Positions 1 to 8,877 of a DNA stretch of 64,000 bases are shown in pieces. A program made the position numbers and the translations under genes. Origin of the DNA: an uncultured Candidatus Rokubacteria bacterium (lineage in GTDB: Bacteria > Methylomirabilota > Methylomirabilia > Rokubacteriales > CSP1-6); the NCBI GenBank assembly GCA_963771355.1, contig CAVYTA010000007.1, forward strand, positions 384,001-448,000, read 5' to 3'. Within the stretch, counting starts at the first letter, position 1. Each line of letters starts with the position of its first letter. The notes below the pieces were generated by a model, which searched no databases, had not been told where the DNA came from, and saw nothing but the letters and a program-made list of their open reading frames with translations.

Positions 1-172
1 GCGCATCGGCCTTCAGCGCGACGAGCCACCCGGGCCCCTCGCTCGGGCCGTGGCCGTGCACGTGCTGCGCGAGCGCGACGCTCCACCCGGCGCCGAAGCC
101 CGCCGCGGCGAGCACCGCGCCGGCCAGGACGCCGCCGAGCCCCCATCCTCTCGAGATCCGAAATCCGCGCAT
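1..172 (-). CDS. 5' part of an exported protein with His-rich mature N-terminus (runs off the window)
   Basis: Manual translation from ATG at 172: MRGFRISRGWGLGGVLAGAVLAAAGFGAGWSVALA-QHVHGHG...; signal-peptide-like stretch; GGAGGAG SD upstream. Confidence 0.7.
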   Translation of the reverse strand, partial: MRGFRISRGWGLGGVLAGAVLAAAGFGAGWSVALAQHVHGHGPSEGPGWLVALKADA

Positions 173-275
173 GGCTCCTCCCCGGAGTTCCTTCGTGGCG
201 CTGCGGTGCCCAGGCTGGGGACAGTCTCGCCCCTCCCGGACGATCAGGCAACCGGAAGGGACGGGCCGGCGGGGC

Positions 276-905
276 TCAGGCCAGCGCGGCAGGCAGGTCG
301 AGCAGCGAGGCGATCACCGCGGTGGCGCTCACACCGCGGCGGGCCAGCTCGTCGTGGTCGGGGCGATAGGCGATGAAGGGAACCCCGCCGGCCTGCGCGG
401 CGGCCCCGTCCACCCAGGAATCGCCGACCACCACCACGTGCTCCGCCTCGGGCCAGCGCGCGCGGATGACGCGGAGCCCGTCCGGATCGGGCTTGAGCGC
501 GCGCACGTCGTCGCGCGTCACCACGAGGTCGAGGTGCGGGGCCAGCCCGAAGCGGGTGAGGACATAGTCCGCCACCACGCGGTCATTGTTGGTCCACACC
601 GCGGTGGCGAAGCCGAGGTCCTTCATGGCGCGGACGGCTTCCATGGCGTGGGGGACCAGCTCGGCCAGCTCCATGGCGCGCCGCTCGTGGGCCACCGGGA
701 TCGCGAGCACCTCGGTCTCGATGTGGGGCGCCTCGCGCCGCACCACCGCCAGCAGCTCGGCACCCGACCATCGCAGCTCGCGCGTGGGCAGCGACACGCC
801 GCGCGCGCGGATCAGGTGCTCCATCTCGCGCCCCACTGCTCTGAGATCCAGCGGCGAGTTGACGAGGGTGTGGTCGAGGTCGAAGACGCAGACCGGCAGG
901 CTCAC
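276..905 (-). CDS. HAD-superfamily hydrolase (phosphoglycolate phosphatase-like)
   Basis: Motifs FDLDHTL, WTNN, KPDP, VGDSWVD. Confidence 0.9.
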   Translation of the reverse strand: MSLPVCVFDLDHTLVNSPLDLRAVGREMEHLIRARGVSLPTRELRWSGAELLAVVRREAPHIETEVLAIPVAHERRAMELAELVPHAMEAVRAMKDLGFATAVWTNNDRVVADYVLTRFGLAPHLDLVVTRDDVRALKPDPDGLRVIRARWPEAEHVVVVGDSWVDGAAAQAGGVPFIAYRPDHDELARRGVSATAVIASLLDLPAALA

Positions 906-989
906 CCGCCCAGGTTATCAGATGGTCCGCGGCGACCCTTCGGGAACCGCCCTTGAGCGGCGCGCGTTCCGTGTGGGACAATGCCCGCG

Positions 990-1523
990 ATGAACCGTGG
1001 TCGACTGCTTGCCCTGAGCTTTATCGGCGCGCTCCTCGGCGCCGGATTCTTCGCCGGCCCCGCGGCGGCGCACCTCCCCCGGTTCGCCCCGGTCGTGGAC
1101 GTCGTGCCCGAGCCCGCGGCGGCGCCCGATCGCACCCCCGCCCTGCTGGACCTGGCCTGGACGGCCGCGCCCACCCCGGCCGGCGTCCCCTGGTACCTGG
1201 TGGTCGCGCTGTCCGGCCTCGCCGCGGTCGGCGCCCGCCGGCCCCGCCGGAACCTTGCGCTGGCTCTGGTGCTCCTCCTCGCGATCTTCGCCTTCGAGAA
1301 TGGCCTCCATTCCGTCCATCACCTGAACGATCAGGATCGCGGCGAGAGCTGCGCGGTGGCTTCGGCCTCCCAGCACGTCGCCGGGACCGAGGTGGAGGGC
1401 GGGTTCACCGCCGACGCGCCCGCGCCGGCCGAGCCCATCAGGGTCGTCTCCGTCCGCGTCATCCGCTCCGCCCGCTCGCTCGGCCCGCACGAGGGTCGCG
1501 CTCCCCCCATCGCTCCCGCCTAG
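990..1523 (+). CDS. Membrane leader protein ending in a RAPP motif (DUF2946/CruR-like); alternative start 981
   Basis: Signal peptide, two hydrophobic segments, HSVHH...CAVASASQH, C-terminal GRAPPIAPA; lies directly upstream of tonB and a TBDT. Confidence 0.7.
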   Translation: MNRGRLLALSFIGALLGAGFFAGPAAAHLPRFAPVVDVVPEPAAAPDRTPALLDLAWTAAPTPAGVPWYLVVALSGLAAVGARRPRRNLALALVLLLAIFAFENGLHSVHHLNDQDRGESCAVASASQHVAGTEVEGGFTADAPAPAEPIRVVSVRVIRSARSLGPHEGRAPPIAPA

Positions 1524-1612
1524 CCGTTTCCGGATCCGCGCCGCTCGCGCTTCGGTAGTTCCGGCGGCGCCCTGTGTTTCCGTTCCGGCACCAGGAGGGA
1601 ATCGTCCGTTTC

Positions 1613-2371
1613 ATGGCCGCTCGTATTCCATTCACGCGACTGGGCCCGTTCGCGGCGTCGTGCGCGCTCCATGTGGTCCTCGTGGGGCTCGCCGCCGCGG
1701 TGGTACCCGGCTGGGTGACGCCGCTGCCGCCCGTGCTCGAGGCCCAGCTCATCGAGCCCGAGCCGGTGCCGGTCACGCCCGCGCCGCCGGCGGCGCGTCC
1801 GGCACGCCCGGCACAGCCCGCGCCGACCACGCCGCCACGGCTTGTCGAGGCTCCGAAGCCGCGGGTCGAGGAGCCGCCGGCCATGGAGCCGCCAAGCCTC
1901 CCGGCGCCCGCACCGTCGGTGGCGCCCCTGTCACCGCCGTCCGCCCCACGCGAGACCCTGCCATTCGCGGTGGCCGCCAGCGAGCCGGCGGCCGCGCCCG
2001 CCGAGCTTCCGGCGGCGGTGGGACGCCCCGCGACGCCCGCGGCCGCGCCCGTTCCGCCGCCCGTGGTGGCGAAGGCGACGCCCGACGAGGGCATCACGCG
2101 TATGGCGACGCCCACCGGCGGCTATCAGGTTCGGCCGTCCTATCCGTCCACGGCGCGCCGGCTCGGCGTCGAGGGCACCACCTTGCTGCGAGTGTATGTC
2201 GCCGCCGACGGGCGGGTCACTGACGTGCAGGTGGACCAGTCCGCGGGCCACCCCGACCTCGATCGCGCGGCCGCCGAGGCGGTGCGCCGCTGGAAATTCG
2301 AGCCCGGGCGTCGCGGCAGCGAACCCGTGGGCATGTGGGTGCGCCTGCCCGTCCAGTTCGTCCTCAAGTGA
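1613..2371 (+). CDS. tonB: Energy transducer TonB
   Basis: N-terminal TM with S-x3-H, Pro-rich linker, C-terminal YPSTARRLGVEG...AVRRWKFEPG; SD AGGAGG at 1593. Confidence 0.93.
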   Translation: MAARIPFTRLGPFAASCALHVVLVGLAAAVVPGWVTPLPPVLEAQLIEPEPVPVTPAPPAARPARPAQPAPTTPPRLVEAPKPRVEEPPAMEPPSLPAPAPSVAPLSPPSAPRETLPFAVAASEPAAAPAELPAAVGRPATPAAAPVPPPVVAKATPDEGITRMATPTGGYQVRPSYPSTARRLGVEGTTLLRVYVAADGRVTDVQVDQSAGHPDLDRAAAEAVRRWKFEPGRRGSEPVGMWVRLPVQFVLK

Positions 2372-2397
2372 GCCTCCCGAGTGAAAGAGACTCCCCG

Positions 2398-4521
2398 ATG
2401 ATCCTGGTCGCCCTCCTCGTGGCCCTCATCCTGGCGGCGCCGGCCGGGGCCCAGCCGGCACCGCCCACCACGCCGCCCACGCTGCCGCCGGTGCGCGTGG
2501 AGGACACGCGCGTGCCCGATGAGCGCACCGCCACCCCGGAGCAGGCTCGGGAGGAGATCGAGCGTACGCCGGGCGGGGTCGGCATCGTCACGCAGGAGCA
2601 GATCGAGGAGACCCGGGCGGCGAATCTCAAGGACGCGCTGGAGTGGGTGCCGGGCGTGATGGTCCGGCCGCGCTTCGGCGCCGCCGACGAGAGCCAGCTC
2701 TCCATCCGGGGCTCGGGCCTCCGGAACAACTTCCACCTCCGCGGCGTCAATGTCCTCATCGACGGCTTTCCCTATGGTAATGCCGACGGCTTCAGCGACT
2801 TCGAGTCACTCGAGCTCCTGACCACCAAGCGCATCGAGGTCTTCAAGGGCGCCAACGCGCTGCGCTTCGGCGGCAATACCCTGGGCGGCGCCATCAACCT
2901 GGTGACCAAGACCGGCGCCGACGCGGGCCTCGTCGAGTCGCGGCTGGAAGGCGGCTCCTTCGGGTTCTTCAAGGGCTACCTGGGCACCGGGCAGGTCTAC
3001 GGGCCGTTCGACCTCTACGTCGGCCTCAGCGACACCGAGCTGGAAGGCTATCGCGACCACTCGGAGCAGGTGCGGCGCCGCATCTACTCCACCTTCGGCT
3101 ACCGCTTCTCCGGCGGCACCACCGTGCGCTTCGACTTCGGGTTCGTGCGGAGCGAGGAGAACCTGCCCGGGGCGCTCACCCGTGAGGAGTTCGACGACGA
3201 CCCGAAGCGGGCCGATCCCGCCAACGTGGCCACGCGGGCGGCGCGCGACTACAACTACACGCGCGGCGCCTTCACGGTGCGGACCCCGCTCACGGAGGAT
3301 CAGACGCTGGAATGGGCCACCCAGCTCAACTACCAGGACATGGACCACCCGCTGTCCTTCGCGATCATCGACAACACCACCTATGCCTGGAGCACCGAGC
3401 TCCGCTGGATTCTCGCCGCGCCGCTCTTCAGCCACGGCAACCGGCTCACGGTGGGCCTCCAGTACGCGGGCACCCAGCAGATCGACGTGAACTTCGCCAA
3501 CGTCCTGGGCAACCGGGGCGCGAAGACCAAGAATCAGATCAACGAGGCCACCAATCTCGGCCTCTACGTCGAGGAGCAGCACGACCTCACGCCCGGCTTC
3601 ACCGTGGTGCTCGGCGGACGCGGCCAGTACGCGATCCGCGCCGTGCGCGACCGCTTCACGATGCGGGACGGGGCCGGCGACCGCGACGGCAACGACTCCG
3701 ACGCGGTGGACTTCTTCTCGGTGTCGCCCAAGGTGGGGTTCGTCTGGCGCCCGGCGAAGACCGTGCAGGTGTACGGCAACGCCAGTCACGCCTATGAGCC
3801 GCCGCTGCTCCTGGAGCTGACCGCGCCCGGCCAGGTTCAGGGCAATCTCAGCCAGCTTTCGGCCCAGAAGTCCTGGCAGTTCGAGCTGGGCACCCGCGGC
3901 ACCGCGGGTAAGCGGGTGGGCTGGGACATCTCCGTTTACGACATCGAGCTCTGGGACGAGATCCAGAACGTCAATGTCCAGCCCTTCCCCTTCGCGCCCT
4001 TCACCATCCCACGGTTCCGCAATATCGACCGCTCCCGCCACACCGGGGTGGAGGCGGGGGCCGATCTGCTGCTCGTCGAGGACATCGCCCGTCGCATCGG
4101 GCTGGGCGCTACCGGCGACTCGCTCACCGCGCGGGCGTCCTACACCTGGTCGCGCTTCGTCTTCGTCGACGACCCGAACTTCGGGAACAACGACCTGCCG
4201 GGCGCCCCGCGCCACTTCGTGATCGCGGAGCTGCGCTACCAGCACGCCTCCGGCTTCTGGTTCGCGCCGGGCGTGGAGGTGGTGCCCCACGGCTACTTCG
4301 TCAACAGCGAGAACAATGCCCGCACCGAGGCCTACACCCTCTTCAACGTCCGGATGGGCTACGACTACAAGCCCTGGAACCTCGGCGTCTTCCTCGAGGG
4401 CCGCAACCTGACCAACGCGTCCTATATCTCATCGGTCCAGGTCGATGCCTCGAACCGCCGCTTCTTCGAGCCGGGTGACGGCCGCGCGATCTATGGCGGC
4501 GTCCAGTGGAGGTGGAAGTGA
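2398..4521 (+). CDS. TonB-dependent receptor
   Basis: Signal peptide, plug motifs (DALEWVPGV, SIRGSG, RIEVFKGANALRFG), aromatic barrel C-terminus GVQWRWK. Confidence 0.95.
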   Translation: MILVALLVALILAAPAGAQPAPPTTPPTLPPVRVEDTRVPDERTATPEQAREEIERTPGGVGIVTQEQIEETRAANLKDALEWVPGVMVRPRFGAADESQLSIRGSGLRNNFHLRGVNVLIDGFPYGNADGFSDFESLELLTTKRIEVFKGANALRFGGNTLGGAINLVTKTGADAGLVESRLEGGSFGFFKGYLGTGQVYGPFDLYVGLSDTELEGYRDHSEQVRRRIYSTFGYRFSGGTTVRFDFGFVRSEENLPGALTREEFDDDPKRADPANVATRAARDYNYTRGAFTVRTPLTEDQTLEWATQLNYQDMDHPLSFAIIDNTTYAWSTELRWILAAPLFSHGNRLTVGLQYAGTQQIDVNFANVLGNRGAKTKNQINEATNLGLYVEEQHDLTPGFTVVLGGRGQYAIRAVRDRFTMRDGAGDRDGNDSDAVDFFSVSPKVGFVWRPAKTVQVYGNASHAYEPPLLLELTAPGQVQGNLSQLSAQKSWQFELGTRGTAGKRVGWDISVYDIELWDEIQNVNVQPFPFAPFTIPRFRNIDRSRHTGVEAGADLLLVEDIARRIGLGATGDSLTARASYTWSRFVFVDDPNFGNNDLPGAPRHFVIAELRYQHASGFWFAPGVEVVPHGYFVNSENNARTEAYTLFNVRMGYDYKPWNLGVFLEGRNLTNASYISSVQVDASNRRFFEPGDGRAIYGGVQWRWK

Positions 4522-5741
4522 TGGGGATCGCACGCGCGCTGCCCGCCGTCCTGCTGCTCCTGCCCGCCCTGGCGGACGCCGCCGAGATCCACTTCGGCCC
4601 CCGCAGCGAGCTGACGCATCCGGGCAAGGGGCACGAGGTGCACGCCTCGGCGCCCGCGCTGGCGGTGACGCGGGACGGGACGCCGCTCGTGACCTGGGCG
4701 ACCGAGGAGGGGCATGACAAGCACGTCTACGTCGCCCGGCCGGGTGAGGCGGCGGCGAAGCCGGTGCGGGTGAATCCAGCCGGGATGGGCGTGGAGTCGC
4801 TGCACCACTCCCCGCTGCTGGCGGTCGGCCCCGGCGGCGAGATCTATCTCTCCTGGTCCTCCGATCGGCCCAAGCCCGACGGCGTGCTCTTCGCCTCGGA
4901 CCTGCGCCTCTCCCGCTCGCTCGACGGCGGGCGAACGTGGGAGGGCCATCTCCGCGTCAACGAGGACCGCCCCATCTCGCACTCGTTCGAGGGTATGGCG
5001 GTGACCGCGGACGGCACCGTGGTCATGGCCTGGATCGACAGCCGCGAGGGCTCCGAGCAGCCCGCCACCTGGGTGGCACGGGTGCTGGATCGGGGCACCC
5101 GCCCGGAGCCCTCGGCCAAGCTCGACGGCGCCACCTGTGTCTGCTGTCGCGTGGACGTCCGCGGCGGTCCCGGGGACATGGTGGCGGTGCTGTGGCGCAA
5201 GGTCTTCTCCGGCGACATCCGTGACATGGTGCTCGGGCTCTCGCGAGACGGCGGCAAGTCCTTCGCGGCGCCCGCGCGCGTGGCCGACGACGGCTGGAAG
5301 ATCACCGCCTGCCCGCATCGCGGGGGCCAGGTGGCGCTCGACGGCCAGGGCAAGGTCTACGCGGCCTGGTACACCGAGGGCAAGCAGGGCGTGCCCACCA
5401 TGCTCCTCGCCACGTCGACGGACGGGCGCCGCTTCGGGGCCCCCATCCGGATCAATCCATCCACCGTGACCATCCCCGATCAGGTCCGGCTCGCCGTGAA
5501 CGCGGCCGGCCAGGCGGTGGTGGTGTGGGAGGATGCCACCGCCGTGCGCCGCCGCATCCTGCTCCGCGCCAGTTTCGACGGCGGTCGGACGCTGGGTCCG
5601 GTGCAGACGCTCTCGAAAGCGGTGAAGGCCTACTCGCCCGACGTGGTGGTGACGCCCGGGGGCGGCTTCGTCGTGGCCTGGCACGAGGAGCAATTCCCGT
5701 CGCTCAAGACCGTGGTCCAGCCCCTGCGGGTGTCCCCTTGA
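4521..5741 (+). CDS. Exported BNR/Asp-box (sialidase-like propeller) protein
   Basis: Asp-boxes SLDGGRTW, SRDGGKSF, SFDGGRTL; CVCC and CPHRG motifs; start overlaps the receptor stop. Confidence 0.85.
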   Translation: MGIARALPAVLLLLPALADAAEIHFGPRSELTHPGKGHEVHASAPALAVTRDGTPLVTWATEEGHDKHVYVARPGEAAAKPVRVNPAGMGVESLHHSPLLAVGPGGEIYLSWSSDRPKPDGVLFASDLRLSRSLDGGRTWEGHLRVNEDRPISHSFEGMAVTADGTVVMAWIDSREGSEQPATWVARVLDRGTRPEPSAKLDGATCVCCRVDVRGGPGDMVAVLWRKVFSGDIRDMVLGLSRDGGKSFAAPARVADDGWKITACPHRGGQVALDGQGKVYAAWYTEGKQGVPTMLLATSTDGRRFGAPIRINPSTVTIPDQVRLAVNAAGQAVVVWEDATAVRRRILLRASFDGGRTLGPVQTLSKAVKAYSPDVVVTPGGGFVVAWHEEQFPSLKTVVQPLRVSP

Positions 5742-5742
5742 T

Positions 5743-6750
5743 CTAGGTCGCCGTCTGCTCGAGCCGGATCAGGAGATCCCGCAGCAGCTCGAGGCCGCCG
5801 TGGTCGAGGGTGCGGTCCGACACGATGAGCTCGACGTCGGGCGGCAGGGTCTTGCGGATCCGGGCGGCCCCTTGCTCGGAGCAGAGGACGACGCGGGTCT
5901 GCTCGAGCATGCGGTCCAGGGACCAGGGATCGTCGGCGGACGCGAGCACGGGCGTGATGTCCGAGAGGCCGGCGGACTGGAGCGAGCGGAGGAGGTTCTG
6001 GCTGCCGGTGGCGGTCGTGCAGACCAGCCCCACCGTGGCCCCCGGGGGCAGCTCGGTGAGCCGTAGCAGGGTCGAGATATTGGCCTTGGACAGGAGCGCG
6101 ACCACGGGCGGGCCCTCGGCGGGGACGGCCGCCTTGACCTCGTGGATGTGAAAGAAGGTCGTGACCACCACGCGATAGCCGCTCAGGAAGCCGGGCTCCT
6201 GGGCCATGCGCGCGGGGAGCTCCTCGACCAGCACGCGGTCCACCGAAACGGGCAGGGCGGTCTCGAGCTCCTCGCGGTAGCGCGTGAGCTCCTCCCAGTT
6301 GCACTCCACGAGCAGGGCGCGGACCCGGGCGGGTCGGGGACGCATGCCGGCATACGGAGCGCGCGCGGCCACCGTCACGAGCAGCTCCTCGTGGGTGAAG
6401 CCGAGCCGCCGCGCGCGCTCGAGCGTCTCCTCCACGAGCACTTCCAGGCTTCGCGCCGCGCGTCCCTCGCGCGTGGGCGGGCGCTCCACCACGAAAGTGC
6501 CGCGCCCCTGCTGGCTCTCGAGATAGCCGTCCCTGAGGAGATCCGCCAGCGCGCGCGCGGCGGTGTTGCGGTTGATCCGCAGGAAGCCCGCGAGCTGCCG
6601 CACCGTGGGCAGCTGCACGCCCGGCTTGAGATGCCCGGCCTCGATCAGATGCCGGATCTGCGTCGTGAGCTGTACGTGCACCGGCACGCTGCTCTGCCGG
6701 TTCACCTGCAGCCCCGACGGCGGGACTATCGTCGATGACTCGCGGGCCAC
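5743..6750 (-). CDS. GntR-family regulator (YtrA-like wHTH) with long C-terminal extension
   Basis: LPTVRQLAGFLRINRNTAARAL...QGRGTFV. Confidence 0.88.
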   Translation of the reverse strand: MARESSTIVPPSGLQVNRQSSVPVHVQLTTQIRHLIEAGHLKPGVQLPTVRQLAGFLRINRNTAARALADLLRDGYLESQQGRGTFVVERPPTREGRAARSLEVLVEETLERARRLGFTHEELLVTVAARAPYAGMRPRPARVRALLVECNWEELTRYREELETALPVSVDRVLVEELPARMAQEPGFLSGYRVVVTTFFHIHEVKAAVPAEGPPVVALLSKANISTLLRLTELPPGATVGLVCTTATGSQNLLRSLQSAGLSDITPVLASADDPWSLDRMLEQTRVVLCSEQGAARIRKTLPPDVELIVSDRTLDHGGLELLRDLLIRLEQTAT

Positions 6751-6762
6751 TGGGCTCGGTGT

Positions 6763-6969
6763 CTAGGCCGTGATGCGCGTGGCCTGACTCGCCGGAGTCG
6801 GAGCGGGTCCCGCGAGCCACCGGCCGGTGCGAATCAGCGCGAGCCCGAGGGTGACGCGGAATCCAGGGCGCCCGGTGTCAACGGCCTGGAGCAGGAGATA
6901 GGTGGCGGCCCGAGCCCGCGCCTCCGCGAGCTTTTCGTGGGCCAGATATTCTTCGATATGCACGTTCAT
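6763..6969 (-). CDS. Small hypothetical protein, first gene of the GntR operon
   Basis: ATG with GGAGG SD, downstream of a clear promoter, 12 nt from the GntR start. Confidence 0.6.
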   Translation of the reverse strand: MNVHIEEYLAHEKLAEARARAATYLLLQAVDTGRPGFRVTLGLALIRTGRWLAGPAPTPASQATRITA

Positions 6970-6991
6970 GATGACGGAGCCTCCATTGGAT

Positions 6992-7034
6992 TAATGTCCT
7001 AGGCCACTATGACATTATTGACCCCTTGCGTCAA
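6992..7034 (-). promoter_or_regulatory. Sigma70 promoter overlapped by a palindromic operator
   Basis: Minus strand TTGACG-N17-CATAGT with extended TG; inverted repeat TAATGTCCTAG-GCCA-CTATGACATTA at 6992-7017. Confidence 0.75.
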
Positions 7035-7051
7035 GACACTTTTAAGCCCGT

Positions 7052-7080
7052 GGAACTTTTCGGGGAGGGTATGGTCTAAC
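7052..7080 (+). promoter_or_regulatory. ECF (sigmaE-type) promoter upstream of the sigma gene
   Basis: GGAACTTT-N13-GGTCTAAC, i.e. GAACTT-N16-TCTAA. Confidence 0.8.
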
Positions 7081-7081
7081 C

Positions 7082-7642
7082 GTGCGTGGTGAGAGTCCTT
7101 CTGAGCCCAGGGAGCTGCTGGACCGGCTACGGGCGGGCCAGACCCGAGCCTTCGAGGAGCTCGTGACAACCTATCAGCATCGAGTGTTCGGGGTCGCGGT
7201 GCGTATGCTCGGCAGCCCGGCCGAGGCCGAGGAAGTGGCCCAGGAAACCTTTCTCCGGGCGCATGGGGCGCTGGCCGAGTTTCGCGGGGACGCCAAGCTC
7301 TCGACCTGGCTCTATGCGATCACCTCGCGCCTCTGCCTCAATCGTCTCGCTTCCGGCGAGGGTCGGATGTCGCGCGCCCGCGCCCAGGGGCTGGACCGAC
7401 TTCCCGCCGCTGAGGGAGGCGAGCCGGGGGCCGATCTCGAGCGGAGCGAGCGCGAGGCAGCGCTTCACCGCGCCATCGCCGAGCTGCCCGAGGAGCGGCG
7501 CATCGTGGTGGTCCTGCGCGACCTCGAGGGTCTCGCCTACGACGAGATCGCCGCGGCCCTGTCGCTGGAGCTGGGCACGGTGCGCTCCAGGCTGCACCGG
7601 GCGCGGCTCGACCTCAAGGAGAAGCTGGAGCGCTTCCTGTGA
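7082..7642 (+). CDS. ECF sigma factor, RpoE-like (start uncertain)
   Basis: Region 2 (AEEVAQETFLRA, KLSTWLY) and region 4 (YDEIAAALSLELGTVRSRLHRAR). Confidence 0.93.
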   Translation: MRGESPSEPRELLDRLRAGQTRAFEELVTTYQHRVFGVAVRMLGSPAEAEEVAQETFLRAHGALAEFRGDAKLSTWLYAITSRLCLNRLASGEGRMSRARAQGLDRLPAAEGGEPGADLERSEREAALHRAIAELPEERRIVVVLRDLEGLAYDEIAAALSLELGTVRSRLHRARLDLKEKLERFL

Positions 7643-8800
7643 TGAGCTGCGCGGACAACCGACTGCTCCACTCCGCGCTCCTGGACGGCGAGCTCTCGGC
7701 GGCCGAGCGCGCCCAGGTGGAGGCGCATCTGGCCACGTGCGCCGACTGCACGGCGGAGCTGGCCGCGCTGGCGCGGACGCTCGGGATGCTCCACGCGCTG
7801 CCGGCGGCCCGCGCGCCGCTCGGCTTCGTGGACCGCGTGCTCGAGGCGGCGCGGCCCTTGCCCTGGCATCGTCGCCTGGGGCGACGGCTCTTTCAGCCGC
7901 TGCGCGTGAAGCTCCCGCTGGAGGCGGCCGCGGTGGTGCTGGTGGCGCTCGGGGCCGTGTACGTCTTCCAGAACACCCCGGAGCTCCAGCACGCGGCACG
8001 TCAGGAGCAGCCGGCGTCGGCGCCGGTGCCCGTCGCGCCGCCGGCCACGCCGGCCCCGGCGACTGGACCGGCGGTATCCGGGACACCCGCGCCGTCGGCC
8101 AGCGCCCCCGCGGAGCCTTCCCAGCCGGCCACGAAAGCGGACCAGGTCGAGGCAGGTCGAGAAGAAGGAGCGCGAGAGCGCCTTGTCCGAGGAGGCCCAG
8201 AAGAAGCAGGCGGCAACGCTGGAACGGCGCTCGGATTCTTCCGATGCCTCCCCCGGCGCCAATCTCATGAAGGACGCCGCGCCCGCGCCATCTCCGGTGG
8301 TCGCTCCGCCCCCGTCCGTCAGTCCGCCGCCGATCGCCGCCGCGCCGCCCGCCGCCGCGCCGCCCTCGGAGGGGGCAGCCGCCGTCGCGCCGCCGGCGGC
8401 GCCGGCGCCCGAGGCACGCGACAAGAGGGCGGCCCGGTCCCGCCCCCAGGCCCCCCGAGAAGTCGAAGGCGTCCGGCCCGAGGCAAAGTCGGGAGAGCTG
8501 TCGGCCCGCGCCCCCCAGATGCCGGCCCGTCTCTTCGTGGCGCCGGACGCCTCGGGCCGCTTGACGGTGGGCGACCGCGCCGCGGCGGAACGCGCGCTTG
8601 CCGAGCTCGGCGGGCGGCTGGGTGTCGCCCAGGCCTTTCGCCGGGAAGAGGCGGACGGGGCGCTGATCGAGTGGATGGTGCCGCGCGAGGTCTATCCCGA
8701 GTTCGTCCGCGGCCTCGCCGGCATCGGCCGCTGGACGGCCGATCGTGAGCCGGCCACCCTGCCTCCCCGCGTCCGCCTCCAGATCCGCGTCGGGAGCTGA
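7639..8800 (+). CDS. Zinc-binding anti-sigma factor (zf-HC2, TM, Pro-rich periplasmic part); +1 frameshift near 8152
   Basis: HLATCADC motif and TM helix; the coding sense continues in the 8183-8800 frame. Confidence 0.8.
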
Positions 8801-8803
8801 CCG

Positions 8804-8832
8804 GGAACTTTCGCCGGCCCGCCCGGTCTAAC
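8804..8832 (+). promoter_or_regulatory. Second ECF promoter, upstream of the DUF4139 gene
   Basis: GGAACTTT-N13-GGTCTAAC, same boxes and spacing as 7052-7080. Confidence 0.8.
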
Positions 8833-8877
8833 GGGGCAGACACACTCGAGCCCAGTCGAACCGGGAGGACGAAACCC

